From positions 4,087,224 through 4,151,223 of the forward strand of contig OZ199839.1 of the NCBI GenBank assembly GCA_964304625.1: 64,000 nt of DNA, written 5' to 3'. This DNA is from Kudoa neothunni. Its lineage: Eukaryota > Animalia > Cnidaria. A program made the position numbers and the translations under genes. Shown one piece after another: positions 25,176 to 38,962 of this stretch; position 1 is the first letter of the stretch; each line of letters begins with the position of its first letter. Below the pieces are notes generated by a model that searched no databases, was not told where the DNA came from, and saw only the letters and a list, made by a program, of their open reading frames with translations.

Positions 25176-26086
25176 ATGAATATCTCAGAGCGGTTTCAGG
25201 AAGAAAAGCTTCGCATATTAAATTCACCTGATTTAAGTCCTAAAGGCTCATGGGATTCTCAAATATTACATGTTTTAAATTTCATTAATTCTCTTCCCAA
25301 TTTTGTGACCACTAGCTCATGCTCTGGGCGTGTTGTCGTTTTTTCTAACGTTTATCCAAAAACCGATGATGTATTTGTTAATAATGCATATTTTTAAATG
25401 GGACTTATGCATAAACTATAGAAAAAGAAGCACAAATGCTGTACTGTGCTTTACAAAGACCATGAAAGTTGTTTATTGGAGTGTGTGGTACGTTTTTCCA
25501 TTACAACATACTTAACACAATTCCAATGGTGTATTTAGAAGAATTCACTGTTAAGCAATGAAGACAGTGATGAATTTAAAGATGTCTACATAAAATATGA
25601 GGGCCTTATCATTCACATCCAATGCGAAAATTTAGATTATGCCAAAAAAATGGTTTATATTTAAGAAACTTAGTTTGTTTCTTATTTTTTATCTAGCTGA
25701 ATTGTGGTATGGACTCGGCATTACGGAATTCTGGAATCATACCAAGTGGAACTGACAAACAAAAATTTATTTTGGTAAAATTAATTGTTATTTTCAGCAT
25801 TTATTTCATTTGGGGTTTTGTGTAGGTGTTGAGGAGTAATCTGGTGCTAGAAACACCGTTGAAGTTTGATGGAAAAGTTTTGGTTTCCGATGAAGTTATT
25901 TGGTGGATTTAACGACTGTAATGGATTGTATAATAGTATCTGGAACATTTGACCGATGTAATCAATAATAAAATGAAAAAGAATAATGAAATCATTAAGA
26001 AGTACTACCAAATATTTTCTCTAATATTTCATGTGTTTAGGTTTGAAACAAACCTCAAGTCCTATTTTGAAGCTACAGCATCGTAA
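25176..26086 (+). CDS. TYW3: tRNA wybutosine-synthesizing protein 3 (about 7 exons)
   Basis: DLSPKGSWD..INSLPNFVTTSSCSGR signature; later exons KYEGLIIHIQC, DSALRNSGI, LRSNLVLETPL, NNKMKKN. All introns are GT-AG. Confidence 0.93.
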
Positions 26087-26230
26087 TGAATATTTCACAA
26101 TGGAACTTTAGAAATAAATTTTTTAAAGTTTCAATTAATTTTATTTATAAAATGATAAATTTTGAGTAATAAAAAAAGTGGTTGATAGTAAATATCAACA
26201 AAAAGTTTTCTCATTTGTATGTTTATAAGG

Positions 26231-27372
26231 CAGCGGTTCCTAAACCGGGTCCTTGAGTGATTTAAATGAAATCTGAATCCAATTTATCATCATAAATTCA
26301 TTATAGTTAGTTATTTTTAAACATTAGCGTAAATATTAAAAAGTTGAAATACACCTTTGCGTTATTGTTGCTTATAAATATTTTATATTTATTACAAAAT
26401 TTCCTTGTGTTATAATTTATTTTGTAAAAGAATCTACAAAACAAAAGTTATCCAATAGGTTATTAGATAAAACTAAAAATTTCCAAATATACTTCTTAAT
26501 GTTGCAGAGTATGCAGTTGGATTGATTACTTCTTTTACGACAATTATTATTGCGAAACTAGATTTCCATGCTGGTTACCATAAAAAAGTCATAAAATCGC
26601 TTATATGCGTGTTGCTCTTTCAAATACTCGTCAGAATTCTATAAACTTATTGATGAAAAGAAATTACAAAAATCTCATAAAATATTATTTTAATGTCTAT
26701 TACTTATAAAAAGTAGGATTTTGCATTAATCTAGCATTCTATTACACAAAAATTCCTCCTTTGTTAAATCTTTATTGTAATAAACACGATAATTAATGAA
26801 AATAAAGCTTTTATTTAGTAAAAATATTTTGATTACTACAAGAACATTTTTCACTCAGAAATTTGGTGTTTAAAGTAGTATGCATCATTGTCTATATTTG
26901 GTTAAAATTTTAATAATTTCCAAAAATATTACAGGGAAGGATTTCATAGTTTTTATTATTTTTTTCGTTTGATACCAACAATAATTCACGTATTAATGAT
27001 TAAAAATTTTTAATACATATTTTAAAACTAAAGCACTATATAATTTACATAAAAAATATTTTAGTAAAACAGGGGATAGATAAATAATTCTAGTTTTTCC
27101 TTTCGTTCCAAAATTTTTCTTGTTCATCAAGGATTTTTTAAATTAAACTAATATTAAAAATATATACAATTTGAATTTTATTTCTTTTTAAACAAGTAAT
27201 TTAACAATAATTTCAAATCTTATTTGATCTGTTCACTAAAGTGAACAATTGGAACGAAAGGTTTAAAATATTTATATGTATGATTGGATTATGCACTATA
27301 ACAAGATGGGGACCGTGATAAGCCCAAGAAACAAATTAAGGGTCTGCGAGGAAAAAAGGTTAAGAACAATTG
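26231..27372 (+). mobile_element. Decayed hAT (Buster-type) deletion derivative
   Basis: Termini CAGCGGTTCCTAAACC / GGTTAAGAACAATTG, similar flanks TTATAAGG/TTGTAAAG, relic hAT dimerisation domain (..YCETRF..MRVALSN). Confidence 0.65.
27098..27262. mobile_element. piggyBac-derived MITE related to element 2779-7079
   Basis: CCTTTCGTTCCAA ... TTGGAACGAAAGG followed by T-TTAA. Confidence 0.6.
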
Positions 27373-28614
27373 TTGTAAAGAAATTATTGAGTTTATTTGG
27401 ATACATTAATTAATTTAAACAAAAATTTGATCAACTAATTAGGCATAATTATGACTTTTAATATTTGCATAATTTAAATTATATATTTGATTTTGTTATA
27501 ATGACGATAAAATTGTTTATGTATTAATATGAAATATGCTCTTCTGGTTAACGCGCATAAACATGGGATATTTTTGTTTTCACACATAATGTCAAAGCCA
27601 ACGATTCTTAACCAGAAAATTTTTTTCATTTTTATATAATTTTTGCTTTGACATTAGAACATTGTTTCTCTACTTATTTTTCACGCACACCCCTATGTTA
27701 ACTTCCGCGCTCACTTCGCACCACCCCCTCCACGTGGATGCCAAGGCTCAATTATACACCTGAACTTTACTTTCTATATAAATGCGAAAAGTAATCACAT
27801 TTAAAAAGTCTCAGAATTGTACCATATATTATTTTAATTAATTTATTTTTTAATTATTCTCAAAATTCATAAATTAAAGACAAAACTTTTGGTTAACTTA
27901 ATTTACTACGTGTAATTTAAGCAGGATAAATTTTATTTGTTCTGCCTCATTATTCAACACTCAACGATTGTAGCGATTATTGTTTCTTCTTAAACTTGCC
28001 ATTTCATAAAAAGTAAAAAATAATCAAAATTAAAAAATGTTGTTATAATTATTGGAAAATATTAAAAATTTATATAAAATAATGGTTAATTACAAAAATA
28101 AAAATAACGTCTCAAAAAGTGCTATTTAATATTTGTTTGAACTGGCGGCTTCCATTATCTCATCGGTTGTTGATAAGTAATTCAAAGCGCGACACTGCCG
28201 GTCAATGAAACTTGCGAATCGTTTTCGGAGTTCAATAAATTTCAATATTAATTTTTTGTATACATTAAGGACTAAAAGCCCCCCCCCCCCTCGCATGCCA
28301 TCCTATACTGGGTAGACCTAACAACTTCCTTATTTATATATTGAGTCAGATTAATACATAAACTTTGAGGAAAAGGATTAATAAACATTTTATAAATCAA
28401 AAAAGATGCCTTCTTACTTCTTAATGTATTAGAACAAAAATAACTAATATAAACTGTTAAGTTTGACGAGTATATATTTAAGTGAATAAATGAATGACCT
28501 GATTTTCATTGTAATAGTTTATAAGAAAATTTGTTATCAAGACAACTTAACTAAAATTCATAGCAGAGGCCGGATAAAATTTCCAACATAAAACTTGGAA
28601 TGTAACATAAAAGA

Positions 28615-29156
28615 CCGGGTCGGGAACCTATGGCTCGCAGGAAAATTTTAATTTTAAAAAAGTGTTTTGTTAAACTTCTTTGCGAATGTGTGAAACAGTC
28701 CCACTGAAAATCTGTTTTCTACTATATCACACACTGCAGCGTGCGAGAAGTGCTGCAATGACAATGTTTGACTTTACGTATGTATGTGAGCCGTCATTCC
28801 ACATCAACAAGACATTAAAATCAAACTGCGGCCACGTTAAACGGATTGAAGTCTTCACACCTGCGTGAAACTTAATCTTACCACGCAGCAACCACATTAC
28901 AAAGCCATCTGCAAAATCATGCACAACCAGAAGTCGCTTTGATGATGAGGAATATTCTTTGTTGATCAGCAATAGCGTAACAATGCTATTAAAAAGAATT
29001 TAGTGAATTTTTTTATTTTAAAGTGTTGGAAGTATAAAAAATGCGCACATATACTTCTATTTTTAGTTATGAAACATGTATAATTCTCATGGAATTAGTT
29101 TTTAAAAAAATATGTGGCCTTTGTGGCTCTCCCATCAAAAAAAGTCCCCAGCCCGT
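28615..29156 (+). mobile_element. hAT Charlie/SPIN-like deletion derivative
   Basis: Left end GGGTCGGGAACCTATGGCTCGC, right end AAAAGTCCCCAGCCC, relic C-terminus MF..TYVCEPSF..SLHTCVKLNLT (GTF2IRD2/EPM2AIP1-like). Confidence 0.65.
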
Positions 29157-31097
29157 CTTAATCTATTATCTTATGTACATGGATTTGTTTAAAGATTTAA
29201 TTTGGTATTTATCTAATATTTAAAAATTTTTTATTATGCTTGAAAAATAATTTGAGAAATCGTCTAGTTTTTAGCAATACCGATAACATTAAGGATATGG
29301 TATATAAATTCTTTGCCGATAATTTAACCTCTTTCGTAGAAAGATAATATTTGTTTTTTAGCTAATAATTATAAAATCCTTTTCCGTCGTTTATTTTAGT
29401 TTTTGGGATAGAAATAGTTCTATTTCTCAGTATTGAATTCTTTTTTGGCTTCTCAATTATTCTATTGACCGAAATTTGCACTATATTTTAAAATCATCTC
29501 AACCTATCACAATTGTTTTTTTTTCATTGAATGTGATAAATTTTTCGTCGCGTAATTATTAATTTTTGCTTTTTAGGGCAAATAGCTCAAAGCAGGTGAA
29601 TTAAACGAATATCATTACTACACTTGCGTTGGTCACTTTTGTTCTTAGGAAAAATATATCTCGTCAGGAATGTGAAAAGTACGCAAAGATTTTTCTCTAA
29701 CGCTTTTATAAACTATATGCTAAATTTATTATATTCTTAATATTTACTAGGTCCATAAAAAATATTAGCCTGAGTTAATCATTGTATCCTCTGTAGACAG
29801 GATTTTAAACAATTAATAAAGTAAAACATACAATTTAAATTTTGAATTAAAGTTAACATTAATAAAATAAATATAAAATTATTGTATTGCAGAATTATTA
29901 ATAAAATATAAAATCAATTATATATATTATAATAAATTATAGACAATGTAAAAGAATATACTTATTGTTTTTTATTATAAATAAAAGAAATATGCAACAA
30001 ACCAATGAATTAATGTATTAATTATTTTTATGAGAAGTTATATTTTAAAATAACGATTAAATAATAGATATATTAAAAATATTAAGACAAATAATAAACG
30101 CAGGTGCGGAAATATAAAACCAAAAATCATATTCCTAAATATTTAATTAGTTAAAATTACTGAATAATTTTAGTAAAGTGTAATAAATAATGTCTTTTTA
30201 TTAGAAAAATGGAGTTCTGATCAATTTTCATTTTATTCCATAACTGTCCAAATGAAATAAATGTTTCTAAATACTGTGCAGATTTGTAGTTCAAGAAAGT
30301 AATCTCAAAAAAATAGTTGATTCATTTCGAAAATAGAATGATATACAAATCCTATTTGAGAATATTAATATAAATCTTGATTTTTGTAGCATTCGTTTCA
30401 TATTGGATTTTTCAGTACTAAACTTTTATCAGCTCATTTGCATTAAAAATATCGTCCCGCTAATTATATGGCAGGTTTTTATGCTCAGTTTCAATTCCGC
30501 AAATAAAATTAGTTTTTTCCTTAATGATACCAACTGATTTTATTTTGCATAGTGACAAAATTCTAATTAAATGATTTTCTAACAAATTAAAGGAAAACTA
30601 AAATATCAAATAGATATCTTAATTTTTCAATGATATTAACCTTAATTCAATATAAATACGAATTTTTGTATATTCTTGTCCGGATGTTTCCAAATCCGTT
30701 TTTAATCAATAAATAATACAGAATTATCATGTTGTCCCACAATTTTAATCAAAACTTTTATATTTGTAATTAGGCAAGAAATGGGTCCTATCTTATCAAA
30801 GGGTGACGATTATTAAAAAATTTAGCATTAACCCAATAAAAATACTACATATAAAAACCGAAAAAAGTAAAAAATATATCTTGTTCGAATATAATAATAA
30901 ATAATATAATTTATTCAAATATTGTAATAAATACTATAGCTTCAAGTAATAGCTAGTTGATAAGACGCGTATATTGCCAGACATTTTCTAAATATTATGT
31001 ACTTATGATAAAATGAAATTAATTATTTAAGATATTTTCAAATAAATAATTTGTTTTTAGGAAACAATAAATTACCAAAGAACCAATGAACTTAAGG

Positions 31098-34000
31098 CTA
31101 TTCCTCGTGGACACATTCACCATTCTTGCATATCTATTAATGTTAAAATAAAGAATAATTAAGCGCATATATTCATTACCATGGATTCAGCGCATTCGTA
31201 GCCATCAGGAGCGACACTTCGGGCACGATCCGCTAAACTGATAAAGGATAAACAAACATTACATTATCCGTATTTGTACGCGCAAGTAAATGTTTCATCC
31301 CCATCGGTAACTTCGTATTGATAGTTTGATAACATTCTATTTGTTTCCACTTCACACCATATAAGTGGGCATTTTTGGTCTCTGGAATAGAAATTGAGAT
31401 CACCTGTAATCAACGGACTTTTTGGAGTTAAGAACTTAATTTATTTTAACCCTTCCTTCCAGAATTTTTCATAATGTATTAATATTAAAATTTCCTGTTT
31501 TTTGTAATAAATTTTTTAAGAATTAATAATTTCACAAAAATTAAAGGCCATTATTTACTTATCCAAAATATAGAAAACAATGGGAACGAAAGTTAACTGT
31601 AAAGCAAAAATTAACGGCCTTCGTCGTTATATTTATCAAAAAATGGCCGAATTCTGTAGTAATTTACTTAATGGTAACACGAAATTATCATCAATCTATC
31701 TTCTACTTAATTATTAATTAACTTAAATATATTATCTTGTACAAAAAATAACTTCGGTTAACATTAGAGCTGCTGTTACTAACCAATACAACAATGTCAT
31801 TTAGCTCACTAGTCATTAGAAATTGATTACTAAATAATTTAAATCGTAATTTATATAACCTATTAATATAAAGACATGGACCAACTAATAATTGTTGAGA
31901 TTTAACAGATAATATCACTATCGCTTGAAATAGATATACTTTACGTGGGAGGTTAATGCCATTGTACCCTGATAGAAATAAATAGAACATCTCGCCGAAA
32001 AGACGCTGCGAAATGCTAAAATGTTAAAATAAACGTGTTTAAATTATTTAAATAAGGTTACCTTGAGGAAAGATTCGCTTACAATGCATATCCAAATTAG
32101 AGCATACACCGGAATAGCATTTACCCTATACATGTCCAATTAGCCGAGTTTTATTTGATGTTACGATATGTAGTATATATATTCACGTTTTGTCCACAAG
32201 GCGTTCCATCAACTACGAAAGGATTCCTAGAAGGACACTAATGAGTGTTTATAAGTGGTAATGTAAAATTAAATCAAAATCACGAAAAGCTGCATATCTT
32301 GGCACACAGCAGGCATTTCACATTCATTATCCGCTTCCCTGCATACCTTTCCAGCATGTAACTACTCATGCCACGTTAAAAAAGATAATATACCGAATAT
32401 ATACTCTACAATTGTGACAACAATCCTCGTTAGCACATTCAGCACCAAGTTTAAATTTGCATGTTTTATAATCACAACAGTCATCGACTTTCATGTTCAT
32501 GCAACTCTAATTTATAGTTTTTAAATATTTTTATCATTCAGACTGCGCGTTAAAAAACAGATTTTACTTCTTCGCCGCCACAGTCACATTGTTCTCCCAA
32601 ATGATGATCAACTATTCCATCCCCACATTTTGAGTACATTGACCCCTTTTTAAGATGTAAATTAAAAAAAAACCGTTTCCTAAACTTGTTGGCAATTTTG
32701 ATGACAATCAAACTTTAATTTATCCAAAAGTGCAATAGAACAATTATGAAACGGCTTATACATCGAACTTGATGATAATATGCTATATACGGTAAAGATG
32801 GTTCCGAAGAACATATTTTTACTTTGGTACGCTCATGATGCAATTCGTAGGACCTAAAGCACACTTGCAATCTTCATCAGTCTCTTCCACATTGTATAAT
32901 CCCAAAATAACACCGATTTCATTAGCCATGACTTCTCCAATAAACTTTGGTTTCAGGTCTTCTCCAGCCTAAGAAAAGTGATATTAACCTAGCAATTATT
33001 TTAGTTAAATATACATAAAGTATTCCCATATTATTGTGAGCACAAGGAGTGCCTTGATATGCTAAACCATATCTAGTGGTAATATGGGGGCTGTTGTTCA
33101 TAAATGGGCTAAATATCGAGTTTAAAATTATAATAAAAATAGAGTTGTATTTATAGAATCGATCGCCAGTACGAAACATTTTTAACAAAAGACTTAAGTT
33201 CTAGATTGCTCCATACTTACTCATGAGGAAAATATTAGTTATAAGTTTTCAATTTATAGTGTGAGGAAAACAGCAAATACAATATTTTATCTGGAACTAT
33301 TTTCCCAACTACTAGTGTTCCTACTTTTAATTAATTTTTAAGTTGGAGTTTTATAAAAAAAATATATTATATTAAGTAAAATGTTTTGTCGTAACTTTAT
33401 ATAACCAGTAAATTTATTCGATTATTTAAACTTATTGTCAACTTTACACAATAAGCTCATTGACTTATGACATAATTGATGATAGTTAATAAGAAGCCAT
33501 ATTACCTCAAAATAATTGTTACCGTAGTTCGATCTTCATCAGTTTGGAGAGGGATACTTGGAAAATATTTTATTTCGTTTAAATAATTACCACTGACAGA
33601 AAATGGTAGAGCCTGTATTCCCCTAGTTATTCGAACGAGTATTAGTTTAACATTGTGCCAAGCAAAGCTCTATTTTTCAATAATTTAATATTATAAAAAT
33701 ATTTTTACTGTTTGAGCAGATTGGAAGATAAGCTCTATATGTTTTTCCAGTTTGGCCGAATCCGAGAATGCGCTTTCCTAATTTATAATTAAGGGTGATA
33801 TTTATTGTTTGACTTAGATTACCATTTGAGCCGTTACTACAATTTCTAATGCAATACATTTTGTAGGAGTTGAAACAATGGCGTGGGGAAATTCACCCTC
33901 ACACACCTTAAATGAAACGATTTGATTTTTGAATGAACAAGAATATGGGTTTATTATAAATTATCCAATAGTTTACAATTATGTGAGAAAATTACCAGTG

Positions 34001-34107
34001 CTGTAGCACCTAATTTTAAATAACTAAGTTCACCAATAGATGTCATTACTTTTTATGACAAGAAGTGTCATCACAATTCCAATACACAAAGCTTTGGGAG
34101 TCGCCAT
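31098..34107 (-). CDS. Secreted ADAM/reprolysin-like protein (metalloprotease-like, disintegrin and Cys-rich domains), predicted catalytically dead
   Basis: Signal peptide MATPKALCIGIVMTLLVIKS, then GLAYQGTPC, VMANEIGVILGLYN, CKC..CIMS (Met-turn), CGDGIVD..GEQCDCG, CCDYKTCKFKLGAECANEDCC, CREADNECEMPAVC, DGTPC, CYSGVC, DGYECAESMICKNGECV and a stop. Many short GT-AG introns. Confidence 0.88.
31450..31592. mobile_element. piggyBac-derived MITE inside an ADAM intron
   Basis: TTAA-CCCTTCCTTCCA ... TGGGAACGAAAG-TTAA. Confidence 0.55.
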
Positions 34108-37100
34108 CAATAAACACTTAGTTGATTTGGTATTTAAATACATACAGTAAGTTCGAGGTTTACTATATGGATAATCAAAATAAACACGTTTAATAAAATA
34201 TAATAGTATGAAAAATAAGACTTTAATAAAAACAAAGAGCATACTTTGGAGTACTTACGTAATGTAAAACAGGATAATGAGGCTTAAAAGATTTTTTAGT
34301 TCATTAAGGCTAAGTATTAAATTTTAAGATGTCAATAAAGTATTTACTAAATTACAATATTGCGTTAAACTATAAGTTGGTCGCTATCCTTCCTTTGTCT
34401 GTTTTGGTCACACTTAGATAAGATAAAACGATCTATTTTGAATTGGATAATTCATAGGCATAAGTAATTTTATACGATGAATGATGATTAGATTTTACTA
34501 ATTAGAGTAATTTTAACATAATTATTCTGAAGAAAACAATTATGGAATGTTAGAAAAAGACGTAGAATAATAATTCACGATAAATAACTTTCATTCAATA
34601 ATGGCTTAAATAAATAAAAAAGTGTTATTTATGATTGACTTTTTACGATTTTAAGTACATATTTTTGGCTTAAACACTAATAACAACAATTATTAATTTA
34701 GAGCAAGTAAAATCTTTACCAAAGATGCTTCGTATGTATTGTAATTTTACATAGAAACTAATCTATTTATAATAGATTTTATCGATATATCGAGAAGTAT
34801 AAGATAGTACATAACAAATAATAGTTACCAATTGGTGAGCATAATTTAAATGAAAATGAAATAAATTTTTGTTACTTACTAGCCGCAGTTTAGGTTGTTT
34901 ACTCAAGTTTGGATAAAGCTAATAATTTCTTACGTTAAAACATGAATTGTTTACTTCTAATTTCAAAAATAAAATTTCTACTATATTAATCTTTGGATCA
35001 CTAATTTTGACTTTTGACTTACTACTATATTAGTAATAATCTATCAAGAACAAATTGTTGGAATTACAACAACTAAATTTATTTAGGTAAATGTACTAAT
35101 GGTCTAAATGGTAAGAAGTTTTTAGTTTTGTAACCAAACATTTTTTTTAATTTAAAACAAGTTTAAGAATACAATATACGATTTGGAGTAACTTCAAGCA
35201 CTTCGTTAGTCGTAAAACTGGGTTAATATCTGCCGTATAAACATACGTTTATTATTCTCAATATTGTTTTCGATTAATTATTTTTCTAATAAGATTATGT
35301 GTTTGTCATAGTCCAGAAAAATATCATTTATTTATTTTAGATACGTATTAAGAATAACAATTCCAGCGTGGAATATTTTTGGTGTATGAAGCCGAAACTA
35401 CATGACATGGTACCATCTAACATTTTCTCTTTTGACCTTATTTCAAAAGCAGTCTTATATATATAATCCTATAAGTTACCCTTTTTATTCATGAAAATTA
35501 AAGTTCCTATTAGGAAAATTTTTTAGAATATCCCAAGTATTTAGGAAAAATATAAATTTTTTCCTATACAATATTAAAAAAAATGCTTCAATCATAAAAA
35601 ATATGGCTCATAAATCTCAATTTATACATAAAAATTTATTAAAGCAATTATTTAAACAATCTATAGCGTAATTTCTGCGTTAACGTTTAATAAATCACTT
35701 GTATTATTTTTCCCCCAACAAGAAGTAGATTAAGACAAGTTAGCCTAGCATTATTAGTCCTAATTCTCATACCTTCGATCGTTTCTCGAATATAAAATTT
35801 TCCCTTTCATTACAGTCTGATTTGGATATTGCGCAATTTCAATAATCTATCAAAATATATTTTTTTAATGATGTGACCAAACTTTGTTCGTATACTATTC
35901 AAATTAGTGTTAACTGAGAAAAGTAAAAAAAATTCTTATTAATGAAATATAAACTTAAGATGCGTGCTGAAAATAAAATCTCCATATATCGTAACATTTA
36001 TTCAATTTAATCTTCTTTTAGAAGTTGGCGAAACAAAAATAGTGAGAAGTCAGCAGACTCGAGATGTAAAAATTTTAAATTATTGAATGTTATAATTCAA
36101 TTAAATCATTTTTTGAAAAAAAAACAGTGAATGTGTTTAACATTCATCGCTTTTTCGTAATATAAAATTGTGTAATATCACTAAATATACTTGTAGGGAA
36201 TTCTACACTTTGTAGGATTTTAATTTCCCCATATGATATTATTAATTCTACCATTTCGACTTCAAGAAAAATAAAAAAGAAGAAAAGTGTAGGGAGTTGG
36301 ATAGTTTACTCATACAAGGATAACGAAAATGTGAAATGAGGAAAAAGTTGCTCCCACTTATATGACCTTTTCATTTCAAATTTTTTTACGGTCTAAAGTT
36401 AGTATATTACGTAAAATAGTTAGTTATAACGATATGGAAGGTTAAAATTCTCAACAAATATTTGGTGAGCCATTATTATCAAATTGCAGAAAAAACGTAA
36501 ATTAAATAAAAATCCTATTCTAATAAATCATAATCATATAGAACTTTCACGATGTGATTAAAATGCATTGAAAATTTATTTTGAATCGGGTTTGTAAACA
36601 ATGATTTAATATAATCAATATGTTTGCATCGATCAATTTTTTTGTGCAGGCGCGCTAATTTAGTATTCAACATCCCATTTTCATAATTATTCTGTATCTG
36701 AAAATATTTCAGTTTGAACCTTTTAAAAAATGGTACAACAAATTTCTTTTTAGTTTATATATTTTTATTCCATGGAGTAGATAATTGTATAGTTATAAAT
36801 AATAACAATGATGATTTATAAGATAATACAGAACAATAATCCTTTCATAACTTTTTTAAACTAATTTTCCAAAAAATTAATTGTAATGAAGTATGAACCT
36901 ATAACAAATTATATTTCAATGAATATCTCAAATAAAAAATATAATGCCTGTGAATGAATATAATTCACATTTTTAAAATGACGTTATTTCAATTTTTAAC
37001 ATACAATAAGATTAATATTGCAAGCTGCAACATTAAGTAGTCGACATTTATTTCAATTTTCTGCAGCCGATTTTGTAACCCTTTCGATGTATATAGGCGT

Positions 37101-37779
37101 CTACTCTAGCGCTATACCAAAAAATACGTAATAACATTTAAAAAATGCGTTTTTATTAAAATTCAGGGTCTTGTTATTGTGCAGTGATTACTCCAATTTC
37201 AATCCGATTAATCCACTAATTTACACATTCGAACGTTCGGTATTGTGGAAGAAGAAAGAAATTTTGTTAAAAACTTGTAACCATACAATATTATGATTCA
37301 ATTATCTCAACCTGACATGCCAAAAAGTTACTCTATGGCGCCATAGAATATCATGAATCCTGTTATTGTGAGTTTTATTCAAATTAAATTAGTTATACTT
37401 CTCTAAATAGCATTTTATCTAATACATCTGATATAATGAACTCTAATATTGTTCTCTCAGTAAAGGAATTACAAACAAAAAATACATCCAACTTCGAATT
37501 GCGTTATATGACCGGATTGTGTCAGAACACCAAAAAAGGCAAACATTCTAGTTTTTGTCACTGAGAAAGCAAAACGTTTTGTTGATGATCTTATTTCATT
37601 GGTTGTTATGTATGTAGTGGGGTGTGCGCAGATAGATAATGTTCGGTTTGGCATCGTGTTTGTCTTGGCGCTTACAATTATCACACTGGTTTAAGCGGAA
37701 AAAAAGTTTCCTTTAAAATTTTAAGATTCTCTATTGTTTAAAAATTCACTCTTCCTGGAGAAGGCGGGAAGTTGATGAT

Positions 37780-38341
37780 AATATTGTTAATGATTAAATA
37801 ATCAAATTTTATAAGATAAAAAATAGATATGAAAAATAAAACATATTAAATCTCGGTGAGACAGCTCTTTCCTAAGAACAATGTATTAGACGAACATATG
37901 ATACAAAGGAGTTGAATTAAAAGGAAATGAAACAATAAAAAAACCTTTAATAGAATTATAGAGTGCTTAATTTATAAGGATAAAATCCTCACATTGTGTC
38001 ATTGGTAAATTTAAAGAGACCCCTTGTTTTGAAGGAATTTATGAACTTTCTGTTAAATATTAACGATCAAAAAAGGGATTGGATGTCTTCAACTATCTTC
38101 ATGATATTTTAAAAACTCTTGATGAAAAGTTCGCGAAAGATAAAGAAAAGTTCATATATTATTAGATCGATGCCATTCACATCTTTAATTTAAGAATACA
38201 AACAAGATAGATCATTTTTTCGTCAAAAAATAAAAAATTCCAAGTTGTGCATGCGCAACACATCGATATGGTCAGTGATTTCTCACTGGGGCGTAAAAGC
38301 TCAGGTCCCAATTTAGTGCTCAATATCGAGACCTTACTATA
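37780..38341 (+). mobile_element. Decayed pogo/Tigger remnant
   Basis: Relic VIGKFK..PCF and W.S motifs; right TIR ATATCGAGACCTTACTA-TA. Left boundary approximate. Confidence 0.5.
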
Positions 38342-38962
38342 TATTTTAATGTCAATTATTACAATTACTCATAATGTGTTCTTGAACAGATCAAAATTAC
38401 TTTAACAATTTAAAACTATCTTGAAGAAAATATTCAAAATAAAGGATCATAGAGATGTAATTTTTTCTCATGTTCATTCAAATTTAAATGAACATTTGGC
38501 TCGAAAGGAGTAATCATATGAGCTTTATGCAAGAAAGACTAAAAGCGTTATTTTTAATGTATCCAGTTATGGATTTCATATCCGAAATATTATCAGACAT
38601 AAAAACTATAGTTAAAAGTCATTTTTAACTCAAATAAATTTTTGTTTTTATACATAACGCGAATACCCTGTATTGCGTAATTTCTTTAAATAGTGTAAAT
38701 TTGTGTCATTCCCAAAATATAACGCAAAATTTAGGTTCGACAGTGAAACAAATTCAAAACTAAATTTTTTTATTATTATTAGCCCTAGTTATGAACGTAG
38801 TTTTTCAGAACAGTTATTCACGACTAAAAATTGACTTTTAGTAATTGAGTTCGACTCGTAGTTAAAGTATTAAAATATTTTTTGTTTTACATATCGACAA
38901 TAGAAAAAGAATGTTATTAAAACCAAAAAATGTTTGAGTGGATGAGACTGCTTGTATATACA

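Noticed and set aside
37075-37340. CCCTTTCG-like end and 16-bp palindrome TCTATGGCGCCATAGA
   Set aside because: Probably a piggyBac-like relic, but no partner end or TSD could be found.
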